From Hydrurus foetidus (Eukaryota): a stretch of 20,000 nucleotides of DNA. The position numbers and the translations under genes are program-made. This document shows positions 8,628-19,524 of the stretch, one piece after another (position 1 is the stretch's first letter; each line of letters starts with the position of its first letter). The stretch lies in contig UYFQ01000237.1 of assembly GCA_900617105.1 (NCBI GenBank), positions 48,595 to 68,594 on the forward strand. Reading direction: 5' to 3'. The notes beneath the pieces were generated by a model. The model did no database searches, was not told where the DNA came from, and worked only from the letters and a program-made list of their open reading frames with translations.

Positions 8628-11516
8628 ATGAAGACCACGGCCCTCTCAGCTCGAGCTCTTGATGGAGATGATCTATTCGATGAACACCTCGAACAGCAGT
8701 GGAAATGTATGGAACTTCGAGGATACAGTAGGGAACAGATTCATCAAGCGAAGGTGCGGAAAAGGGAAAAAGAGAACGTGAGAATCTACGGAGACATTGT
8801 GAAACAACATGCATGGGAGACAGACATATCGTGCAACAGAACAGATGTCCACCTCAAGTATGCTCGAGCCCTTGATGCTGTCGGTCGTCGATCAGATGCG
8901 ATTGAGATGCTACAGGAAGCTACAGAAGACGATCATCCGTTTGATTCCCGAATATTCATGGCTGTTGCAAAGCTTCTATTCAGGGATGACCAGAAATACT
9001 TATCGCTGCAGTATTGCGGAAGGATCATTGAGAGACATAAATCGATGCCTTTTGCCGAATCGCTTGAGCCGGAATCGCACATCTCGCAAGATGATATCGT
9101 AAAAGCGTACTATCTTGCGGGATGGATAAATATCCACGACGATAATCATACAAAGGCTTACAATATTTGGAGCGAGGGCCATCGCTGTATACCAGAATGT
9201 CCAGTGCTAAAAAAGCAGCACAAAAAGAGAACATGTTGGGATCAAAATCCTGCTCAACTTATTGAATGGACGCGTCAGGTAAAATACATTGCTGACCTTC
9301 TTGTTTGGGTCCAGCAGACTCTTATATGCTATGCATTGGTGACTGCTTTGCATCTTCTCAAGTAAATTTGTAAGGACACTTAGTGCTTAGTTAGGAATCG
9401 TCAGCATATTTTGAGAATAGAGACATCATTACGCAATGTAAGAGACAAGATCATCCATGATGTGATGTGGTACTACATCAGAATATTACTATACGCCATC
9501 TCAACAAGATGCAATAATCTTACAATCACATCAATTATCAATTATCAATCATTCTGATTTCATTATTTTGATTTCTTTCCTCCAGAGCGCAGGACTGCTG
9601 ACTGTCCAAACATGCGAAACAACATCCAGTGTTAATACGAATATAGATATACGGAATAAAGAGGATCCTGGACCCTTAGATTACAGAAAACTTCTCGAAC
9701 ACTTTGAAGTCGCGTCTAGTGCGTCAGTGCCTCCTCTGTCTCTGTTCTGCTCGGATACTCAGCAGAGACGATTGGTGTTCCGATCTAAAGAACCGTTGAT
9801 GAGTCCTGAAGAATGTTCCGCTGTTCTTAAGATAGTAGATGAGTACCACACGAACAACCTCAGCGGTGTGTGGGGCACGGTGAGGCAGAGTAGTGTGAAG
9901 ACCACTGATGTGGCTGTTGAAGATATCTTGCCCCTGAGGGCATGGCTCTTGGCCCTGATGCATTCCAAGCTCTTTCCCCTCCTCGCACTGGCATTCCCCA
10001 GACTAGCTGACTCCTCAAACCTTCTCAATCCAGATGGCACTTCAAGACTCAGAGTGCATGATGCGTTCATCGTACGTTACGATGCCGTACGGGATAAGTC
10101 CCTTTCACTCCCTGAGCATTGTGACACGTCTTCTATGTCGGTGATATTCGCATTGAATGAAGAAGACAAGGGGAATGAGGAAGGTGAGTTGCTGTGTCAG
10201 ATGACTAATGAATGTCGTTTGACTGACTCAATTGCCTTTGCAACAGTTAGTATCGATCTCAATTGTAAAATGAGACAAAGTAATGAAAAATAGTGAATTC
10301 GCAGACTAAATATATCAGAATTGACTCGACATGTGTTGAGTATCGTTGGCGTGTATTTGTTATGGGACGTGATAAAAGACGATGCGATAGATCGCAACTC
10401 GTTGTACTTCTGTCAGAAAGCAACGCAGTGAAGTCCACATTTGCAAATGATGATATCTGTGTCAGGTAGATATACAGTATACGATAACGACATGAAAGAA
10501 AAAAATCACAACTATCTTCTCATCATCACATACTCAACACCCACACTAACACTTACACTAACATCGACACTACTAACACTAACATCGACACTACTAACAC
10601 TAACATCGACACTACTAACACTAACATCGACACTACTAACATCGACACTACTAACATCGACACTACTAACAGTAACATCGACACTACTAACACTAACATC
10701 GACACTACTAACACTAACAGTAACATCGACACTACTAACAGTAACATCGACACTACTAACACTAACATCGACACTACTAACACTAACAGTAACATCGACA
10801 CTACTAACACTAACAGTAACATCGACACTACTAACAGTAACATCGACACTACTAACACTAACAGTAACATCGACACTACTAACACTAACAGTAACATCGA
10901 CACTACTAACACTAACATCGACACTACTAACACTAACAGTAACATCGACACTACTAACACCAACAGTATTACTCACATCGATAATGCTATCACTGACACT
11001 AACATTTATGATACTAACACTAACAGTAACATCGATAATACTAATACTAACACTAAAGCAAACATTTCAGGTCAGTGTAAAGAAGGAATGTACAGGGGTG
11101 GAGGTACCTGGTTTGAAGCACTAGGCCTTAAAGGCTCAGGGAAAGTAATCAACGCCGACATAGGGCAGGCAGTCATGTTTGCTGGACCTTTGAAACACGC
11201 TGGATTTCCTATCTCGAGAGGAGTTAGGAACATTCTTGTGTTGTTTTTGTATGTGGAGAATTTTCATTATGGTCCGTACTTACGCACGTACAGTGGACCA
11301 GATCCTGGACCTGATTCCACTCTTGAAATAGCGCACTCAGAAAATGGCGTGCGATACAGTGATGGAGAGAATTGCGCTGAAGAAATAGAAGACAAGCGAT
11401 CCTCTGGGGCTGAGAAAGGAGGGTATGTGGTGTACAGACAAACAGTCGACCTCGTGAGCATGCTGGAAGATTCCTTAGAAGATTCCGCGGAAGATTCTGT
11501 AGGAGATTCTCAATAA
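8628..11516 (+). CDS. Predicted 564-aa TPR-repeat + 2OG-Fe(II) dioxygenase (PLOD/lysyl-hydroxylase-like catalytic domain); exons 8628-9278, 9586-10183, 11071-11516
   Basis: GT-AG introns with phases 0 and 1 give a 1695-nt CDS. Exon 1 has TPR-like helices (YARALDAVGRRSDAIEMLQEA; AYYLAGWINIHDDNHTKAYNIWSEG). The catalytic domain shows DAFIVRY, HxD (HCD, 10117-10125), YRGGGTWF, a distal His (KHAG, His at 11196-11198) and the 2OG-binding Arg (GVRNILVLF). Confidence 0.9.
10543..11055. repeat. Intronic modular minisatellite: 18 perfect copies of ACATCGACACTACTA (10561-10956) with optional ACACTA/ACAGTA spacers and degenerate flanks
   Basis: Counted directly. Unit lengths are 15, 21 or 27 bp. It lies inside intron 2 (10184-11070) of the dioxygenase gene. 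Confidence 0.95.
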
Positions 11517-12576
11517 TTTATGTCACTGAACGAGTGCTAATTTCTTGTTTTTTGTGCCTCAGTAAGTTTGAATTCTGATGAAAGTTAGTGCATGAGTTGT
11601 GTACCATTTGATGAGTGAAGATGTGCTCATGTCTTGTCTTTACAGACATTTTATTAACATCATAAATAAATCTTTTTCACATCTGCGAAAGTATCACGTA
11701 CACTGGACTCGAATACCAAATAGAAGTAGATCACAATTATTCCAAACAGGAAAATGCGAAACACTTGCAACAATCAGAGCCGTAAGATTATTGGAAGCTG
11801 TGAGGTCTCATCTAAATGGGATGGTTAGGGTTATACAGGGAGTGGGTGGCAATAGGCACTCCACGCGCATTCGGAGTCCATTTGTCCAGTTCAAAGCTGT
11901 AGTCACTTTTCCTTATTACGCTGAATTTAGTCGTCCCAAAGAGATGAGTGGTGTCCCTATCTGATTTTAGCGGATTGACTTCCCCTCGTAATTTGACGGC
12001 GGTTATTTTTTGTCTGAATAGCTGTCCAACTGTACCCTTCCTTGCTGAAGGTCGATACATACCCCCCATTCTACTCACTAGATTGCGGTAGTAATTTGAA
12101 GAGTGGAGGATAAATTATTATCGTCTCGAAATGCCAGAACCCAAGCATGAAGCCCGGGGTCCATTCCACATCTTGTAGAGAGAGGGCCTGAGACGCTACG
12201 GTGACGTTCATCGCATCCATGCACTACTCCTTTATATTAATTGAGAATTCTTATATCATTAGTGTCCAACTCTTAGGCGTTAGCTATGCGATGTAACTAC
12301 TTTTACCTTTAAAACTACAGTGCTACAGTACATCAGAGTACGTAAAATTAAAAGAAAATGTGTATTCCGTAGGTGGCCTGATATCAAATCATGAAAATTG
12401 AAGTGTGTGTGTGCCGTGTGTGCTGTGTGCTTCAGTCTTCAGTGCTCATGCTTCTGTGCTTCTGCGCTCTCGAGTATCTATAGATCACTCAACGGTCGAG
12501 TATAGACGCTCGATGCATAATACTGTTTTTTGACTCCGTCGCTGCGGAAATTTAACGGCAACGTCATCTTTCTCTG

Positions 12577-14872
12577 ATGCCATCTCAAATTTATCATGCT
12601 AAAACCCTGTGGTACTTTGTAATCCTAACTTTAGCTGCCTGGCGAAGAGACTCATACGGCTCCTCACTTCCGTCTGATGATGACTGTGTATTTCAAGATT
12701 TATGTCACTCCGTCGCTTCCGTAACTTGCGCAATCGAAAGAGGTGCATGGTTTATTTCTAACAACACCTTGGCAATGAAAAATGTGGGTTGTCTACTCGG
12801 AGCGGATAGATGTCGTGCTGTCCGGCATGTACCAACGGAGACTGAAGTCTCTCCATCGCCTACTCCTCCTGCTGCGAAGAATAAGCAATATCAGGCGTTG
12901 GCTACAACAGCGGAAAGCATCGTTCCTAAGACTTGGTGGCGCGATGGTTTTGCCGATCCACAGCTGCTACTTACTGCGAAAGATCATGAACTGCCACGAA
13001 AACAATTCGATGCTTCGACGTTACAGAATAAGAAATTGAAAAATCTTCTACAGTGCGTCACGAGGCAGCAGTTTATTAGAAAATCGTTCGCCTTTGATTT
13101 GGAACCAGAAATAGACGCCATCGCTGCTACAAAAAAATGCACAGCAATGAAGGAGCCTGTTGTGATATCTTTTTTCGAACAGTGGAATACAGGTGACAAC
13201 AACGTGAACTTTGGAGGGAAATTGAAGAAGGAACCTAGCTCTGGGCGCCTTACTTGGGCTCCGATAGAACAAGGAGATGGGAAGCTCCTCGTATCAGCTC
13301 TGCAGGTATCGTCTCTTCAATCTCCAGTTTCCGTAGTCACGATTCTGCCCAGCACTTTTACTACATTACACACCAAAAGCTCATTAATTGTCTTCATTGT
13401 GAACTATTTGACTAGGTGCTCGATTTTTTCTATGCCAATTATGGCGGTGTTTGGACGGGTTGTTTTCGGTTCGAGAGATCTTCTGAATGCAGAGGAGCGC
13501 TTGCTGGTGAGATAGAACTACTGCTCTCACTGATTATACATTGTTGAAAGAAGGGTAAATGCATGGGATAGGCTGTTGAATGTCTGTGATACGTCATATT
13601 GTCGTTGGTTTTATTTCTGGTGCTTCATACTCAGATTGAATGTGTTAACATTGAGAGATATCGCACTGAAATGTGGCTTGGATTTCCATCATCGCTCGCT
13701 TATGACGTTTCTATATCTAATCTCATCTCTGTAATCAAACTCCATCTCATCTTATCTCATTTCATATCATATCATATCATATCATATCATATCGTATCAT
13801 ATTTTCTCATTTTACGTCTAATCTGATGTTATCTCGTATTATACTATATCATCTCATGTCATCTATTCGTCCCACCCCTTTTCATTCTTCAGCTGCGTCT
13901 CTGGTAGCTACAATGCACAAGATATACGACATATCAAGTAAAAGTGTCGACAAAAACAGCAACAAGAAAAAAGATTTCACGGAGAGCAGTTTCGTTGCAG
14001 GATACATCTTGGCGTCTCTTGGCAGAGGACTGCTGCACGGAGACACAGAAAGCACGGGGAACGTTCCTCTGACGGTGTGGAAAGTAAAGAATGCGGATTT
14101 TATCGCATTGCAGGGAGCATACATGCAGCTGTACATTCGTTCTTTCGGAGCTGTTTACACTTCCCAAGTGGATCATTATATTCCCATGTCCTTCCCGCCA
14201 GACTTCCAAGTGTATCCTAAACAGGCGTGGACTCATTTAGCCCTATCGTCAGAGCCGCTGTACACTTCTCTCAGGAATTGGATGTTCACAGAAGTGGGGA
14301 GTCTGATCGATTTCGGACCGTATAGACCGTTAGCCGCAGAATACGATGCGAGAAAAGCTATTCTAGCTCCAGGCAAAAGAAGAATACTGATCGATGTTGG
14401 GGCAAATGGATTCTTCGCATCGCCTAAATACCTGATAGACTCTTACTCTCCCTACGCCCCTTTCACACACGTCATCATGGTCGAGCCTGAACCGCATTTC
14501 AGCGCTACTGTGCCGAAGGTTTATTCAGAAAGATACAATATTACATTTTTACAAATATACGCTGAGGTGAACACTGGATCGGATACAGACATGGTAAAAT
14601 TGCTGCCAAAATTGGTAACAAAAGATGATTATGTGGTTCTAAAATTCGATGTGGATCCAAACAAATTTGCACAAGGCCCCACGATGGAATGGGGTTTCTT
14701 GTTTTCGTTGATGAAAACAGCCGCAATAGCTGAATTGATTGATGAATTGTATATAGAACTGCATTTTCATTTCCCCTCATTGTACTGGAAGCACTACCAC
14801 AGTAACTGGGAGGCTCTTGATACGTTTAGATATCTGAGACAAAAAGGAGTTGTTGTGCATTCTTGGCCGTAG
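12577..14872 (+). CDS. Predicted 599-aa secretory-pathway protein with C-terminal FkbM-like (Methyltransf_21-type) SAM-dependent methyltransferase; exons 12577-13305, 13416-13506, 13893-14872
   Basis: GT-AG introns with phases 0 and 1 give an 1800-nt CDS. Hydrophobic N-terminus (LWYFVILTLAAW). Motif I RILIDVGANG, HVIMVEP, DYVVLKFDVD, IDELYIELH and terminal LRQKGVVVHSWP are typical of algal/plant FkbM-like proteins. Confidence 0.85.
13743..13810. repeat. (ATCAT)n microsatellite in intron 2 of the methyltransferase gene
   Basis: CATATCATATCATATCATATCATATCATATCGTATCAT with degenerate flanks. Confidence 0.9.
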
Positions 14873-16289
14873 TCGAATTCAGCCGGACATTTTACAATTT
14901 TACCTTGTTATCGCATCTAACTTACATCCAATATTGTACCGTTTTTTTGCTTGAGCGTATCAAAGCTATTTTCTGATGTTCTTCAAAATTGAACTTAAAG
15001 AACACTCACTCTCTCTCATTTTTCAGTCTCAAGTTTTTATGTTCCGTTGTTACACAGTACTGACTGTTCCTCAATTTGGTTCAGATAAAGTTCGTTAACG
15101 GCTTTAATTCTAAAATACATCGCGAAGGCTTTTCTGATCCTAGATCCCCGAATTTTTTGTCGAGAGCAGTAGTGAGATGAAAAACGCGAGGGAATATTTT
15201 TCACTGAAGGTGCAGATTTTTGATGAAAAATAAATGCATCTTTTCTGAAATTTCTCTGAGGTTTGGAGCTACAGATTTTATCGACAGATCTTTTTTTCGA
15301 TAGCCTCAAATGAACTGTATTATAGAGAATTTTTATTTCAATTTAATCAGAGAGAAGAATGCTGTGCTGCGATATGAAGACTCTTGAAATTTTGAAATAT
15401 ATCGTTGTGGATAGGGAAATGGAAAATATGTTAATTGCTCGAAAATGTGCTAGTTATTACAGTAAGATCGATGCGGCATATTATATGAGGAAATGTAATT
15501 AGATAATACTTTGTACTCCCGTTCACAACTCTGCAGGCGAGTACAAAATATTACTATTTTACCAGTCTCCATTCGGCATAAAGGTTGCGACAGCGATAAG
15601 TCAAATAAAATCAATAAAACGTAATCAAATTAATACACTCAAGAGTCCACAGGAAGGTAAAGTTGACAATCACAGATATCTCTTATCATCGGCAGATCTG
15701 TAATTGAAAATAAACGAATAAAAGGTGGCCTTGTAGGTACTGCATATAACGCTCAAAACTCTCTATATATGAGAATGTCAGGTGTGGGTATTGAGTTCTT
15801 CTTGAAAGATCCAGAAGGCTACACGGCTTGTCTGCCACCTGAATAAATCAAAAAAGAAATGATGTAGATGTGTGGCGTCGATGTAACAAAATTTGTTCCT
15901 TGGTTCTCTCTACGAGGACACTTCTGTTGCAGGGATGGGGTTGGATAAAATAAGGCATTTCGTTCCAGTTGATGTGGGGGAGATGAAGTTAAAGGTGGCA
16001 TCGGCAAGCCGAGCCAAGCACAGTCCACGTGACTGGCATGTGGTGCTGTTGGTTAAGTGATGGGATGTTTCGGTTTCTTTCTCTCTGGGGGAGTGCAGAG
16101 GAGGTGTGGAGAGTGGCTACTGGATCGTTTCGAATATTTTGTGTTTTGTATTTTGTGTGTTGCGTCCAGCCAGTGACAGACATCCGTTGTAGATGTCACC
16201 GTGCTTGTTTTATGATGATCCATAAGTCATGGATGTACAGTATGTCGCTGCGGACTGACTCGAGACGCATGCCTGGAGTTGGGGCTTAG

Positions 16290-17499
16290 TTAGAGGCGTT
16301 CCACTCCGTGCGGGGGGATGCATTCCTTCTCGCATTCGCAGTTAGATCTGTCGTGGGCTATGTAGGAAAGAAAATTATCGAAGTCTGCACTAAAGTAATA
16401 GTTTGGCATTTCTTTGCCTTCGCTGCACTGGGTGACGGCATCGCTGACCGAGTCTGCGTCATCACTGTACTCCCCCATGTTGTAGTGGCCGTAGTCGTAG
16501 TAAGGAGTGCAGATATCTTTGTCAGCGGCTTTTGTGTGCTTCTGTGATTCACAGTCGAGGTCGACAAATTCGCTCGTTGCATCGCCGCGACGTTTCTTGC
16601 GACACATGCCTTCGATTCCATCGAAGAAGTGCTTCGCTTCGGCTGTCGTCGGCTGGGTACTAGATTTCACAAATGTCTTCAGAAGATTTGTCAGCGTGGT
16701 AAATGACTGATCGATTGTCGACAGCTTCTCTGTCAGTTCGTGTACGCTGGACCTCAGAGAGCTGTTCTCACGAGATGCTGACGCCTCTGTAAGCAGGACT
16801 GTAGAAGAAATTTTGTTCGTGAATGACAGGAGATGAAAGTCGATGCGAAACTGTTGTAGGTGCGAGAAAAATTTCAAAGTGGCGTACTTCACATTATCTA
16901 CTACTTACTTTGATTAGCAGCTTTTTTAATACCGGAAAGGAGGTGTGGCGTTCCGCGAATGAACTTTGGATGCCGGAATTCCCAACATGAATTATCGGCG
17001 GTGGATAGATCTGATTTGATCTTGCGGAAGCCATCTATGTAATTAAAGGGAATGTGGTGTGAGTCACGGTTCATGGTAGTTCAATTTGTCAATAAATTGG
17101 TTCAATACTGCCACTCACAAAAGTTCAGCTGACGGACAAAGCTGGAGAAGTTGTTGTGCTTGTATACTGTAGGAATGACATTTTCTGCGAAAAGTTTCGA
17201 GTCCCTCACGAGAAAAGAATCACCATTATCTGTCCATCCTCCTGTGGTTTTGGTAACGAAAGATGTTCAGGGTATAGATAAGAACTGAAGCGGAGGCAAG
17301 GGTAGCATCGAAGCCTACCTAGCGACGACGGACAATTTGAGATAAGATAGTAGGCTTTGCGAAGAAATAGAGACGCCTGATCATCAGGGACTCTAGCTCG
17401 CAGTCGCTTCAAAACAGTTGGTTGATGAGGGTCCATTGTCACTCGTTCAATTTTCACCGTTCGGAGAATGTATCCATCAGCGCTCTTCTCTGTGGACAT
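16290..17499 (-). CDS. HSF: Heat shock transcription factor (HSF-type DNA-binding domain + coiled coil), about 312 aa; exons 17499-17319, 17241-17119, 17034-16909, 16798-16290
   Basis: The spliced product reads FLRKAYYLISNCPSSLGGWTDNGDSFLVRDSKLFAENVIPTVYKHNNFSSFVRQLNFYGFRKIKSDLSTADNSCWEFRHPKFIRGTPHLLSGIKK, a canonical HSF DNA-binding domain. It is followed by an HR-A-like heptad (LRSSVHELTEKLSTIDQSFTTLTNLL), a basic RKKRR and an acidic/aromatic tail. There are three phase-1 GT-AG introns (77, 84, 110 nt). Confidence 0.95.
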
Positions 17500-18180
17500 T
17501 AAAGCGACAGGTTGAATCGGATTGAATTTTACAGTGCGACGACGTGTGTGTGGAACGGCGGACCACTACCGTCAAGTGCCTCTTTAATTGTATTCCGGTT
17601 TTGGCCAAAAACGACCAAATATGCATATTTTAAGGAACCTTTTCTGACACACTTAATCTCGTTGAAACGAGTTTAGTGAACCAGACTAATCCGAACATTC
17701 TGCGCAAGAAATTATATGACAGCATTCTTGTCCGAGCGCTACTTAAGCTACAATTTGTCGTCAAAAATGACAATTTCTCATTCTCGACGCGCGGGAACCA
17801 AAATATTTCAAACTATGAATGTGCCAGAAAATTTTGAAATGAGCAATCTTACTTAAAAAAGTGCGCTGAATCCGAATCGCAAGAAAGATTTTGATGAAAA
17901 TCTATATTGGCTGAGATAGATTTTCCGTATTTCGCTTCTTTTTTTTTCCGTGTCCGAATTTCGCTTTTTTTCAGTGTTTCTCAGCGTTAAAAAAAGGGGT
18001 TGAAATTCCATTTTTCCCATCTCGATACAATTAAAGAGGCACTTGACGGTACATACGACATAAGCGGAAAAAGTTGGAAGAAGTGTAAATTGGAAATGCA
18101 ATGTGCAACCTTGATGCAAGGGGGTATTCAAGAGAGAGGGGGCACTTCGAACCCTCCCCCTCACTGAGAATTTTCTCACC

Positions 18181-18965
18181 GCCGCCACACTTGACTCTCA
18201 AATACCCAACTTCGATCCTGAACAGTCTTCCCATTGAATCTGATGTCTCGATGTAGCTTCCTGTCTTTTCCAGCTATCAAATAGAACCCCAATTTCTGAA
18301 AAGCTTGTTTCCGTGCTGAGTCTTTTTGATCGAATGTTTGAGGAACCTGAAGATGTGCAGTCTTTCATGTAAGCGCTAGTCAATCTGTTCACTATCTGTT
18401 TTCGTTGATTGATTCTGTGAACCCCAAGAAATGTTTCTTATTTTGGTGAATTGTGAACGCCTGCTGCAGCAATTCAAAAAGTACATCCTCCAGACTGTCT
18501 AGATACCACCATAAAATTTTCTGCAGCAACGCTCGAGAGACTAATTTTTTTTACCTTCCTGAACATTTCTCGTGATCAGACCTTCACGTGACTGCTTCGA
18601 TGGCTCTGAAATTCTGGGAATACTCAGACTATGCCTGAAGAAACGTTTCGCGATTGAAATGAGGACTGACAAATTCATCGCTGGCAGACCCGGCGAATCT
18701 ATTCTTCGACATATTTTATATTTACACTCCGGAATCACGGAGAATTTATGATAGCATTCTAGATAGTTTGAGAAGGCTTTGTAGATTGACCGCCGTCAGC
18801 AATATACTGTCTAATCATGGGATTTCTTTTGCTCGAGGCAATACATTGAAAGTTTCCTACCGGTACGGTGAGCTATTCGAATTGGAAGAGTTCTCGGCAA
18901 AACATTTAGCCTCCAAATTTGTCAAGAAACGTAACCATAAGAAGGTGCGAACAGAAAATCAGTGA
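18181..18965 (+). pseudogene. Probable decayed, intron-containing gene fragment
   Basis: Protein-like segments occur in shifting frames: LDVASCLFQLSNRTPISEKLVSVLSLFDRMFEEPEDVQSF (donor GTAAGC at 18369); LVNCERLLQQFKK|PSRDCFDGSEILGILRLCLKKRFAIEMRTDKFIAGRPGESILRHILYLHSG (intron 18481-18579 with CTAAT + pyrimidine tract + CAG); then YDSILDSLRRLCRL...RTENQ* after an apparent 1-nt shift near 18745. Stops and frameshifts prevent an intact model. Confidence 0.35.
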
Positions 18966-19180
18966 CTGATGTAATTGCCAGATCACATCATGTACTTCCA
19001 TATCGTAACATTTCCACAATATGTACTGTAAAACTAACTGCAGATGTCTGAGATAATATCACCCCCTTTGGGGGTTACCAGGGGGTCGTATCTCGCACTG
19101 CCTCTTCACATGGTGACCATGAGGTACTAATGCAATGCATGAACATTGTATCTGCTCAATGTGACTTGTGTGAGTCATAG

Positions 19181-19524
19181 TATAGTCATGTACAGGGTAT
19201 CATAGCACTAACAAATCATTACTGCGACATTCAAAACAGTGCTAGTAGATATTTTTTCCTCTTACCTCGTAGAATCAGCCAAGATTTAGTAGAAAATGCT
19301 TTCTCAAAAATTAGATTAGCTATTGGACATGCAAGACTAGATCACATAACTACGTATAACGCAGTAGTAGAAGTTAATGCGATTAAGGAAACAAAAGCTA
19401 GCACACGAAGTATGCAAAAACGAAATGCAGCCGGTGCAGTGGAAGAATGTAAACTAAATGATGAGGAAAATTGTGTTGAATATGCTAGTGACTGTAAATC
19501 CAGTCCGCTCATTCGGGCGGTCAG
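19181..19524 (+). mobile_element. P-element/THAP9-superfamily transposase fragment (C-terminal RNase H half with catalytic Glu motif)
   Basis: The frame starting at 19181 reads YSHVQGIIALTNHYCDIQNSASRYFFLLPRRISQDLVENAFSKIRLAIGHARLDH. This matches the P-transposase signature [YF]LL[TP]xRx[NS]QDxxExxFxxIR (Glu codon 19292-19294). There is no ATG and no N-terminal part, and a stop lies at 19178-19180. Confidence 0.75.

Noticed and set aside
10441..11124. ORFs of 227 aa (+), 154 aa (-) and 136 aa (-) made of TSTLL / VSSVD / VVSML repeats
   Set aside because: They are by-products of a triplet-based minisatellite inside an intron whose removal restores the dioxygenase frame. The array is also not CRISPR, since it has no unique spacers.
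11812..12220. Minus-strand 88-aa ORF and adjacent short frames between the dioxygenase and methyltransferase genes
   Set aside because: No recognisable motif and no consistent splice model; upstream frames are closed by stops.
17692..17711. Possible heat-shock element (GAAcaTTC...GAA) upstream of HSF suggesting autoregulation
   Set aside because: Only two correctly phased nGAAn units; the third has the wrong orientation for a gap-type HSE.
15214..17900. Shared AGATTTT(T)GATGAAAA at 15214-15229 and 17886-17900 flanking the HSF gene
   Set aside because: Short AT-rich match without extended alignment; insufficient to call a repeat or element boundary.
18140..18165. TTCGAACCC resembling a tRNA T-arm/B-box
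   Set aside because: No cloverleaf, A-box or acceptor stem can be built.
18285..18965. One + frame with only TGA stops for over 200 codons (possible TGA recoding or selenoprotein)
   Set aside because: The most protein-like segments lie mostly in other frames, where NNT-GAN generates off-frame TGA. There is no Sec-type context, so a frameshifted pseudogene is simpler.
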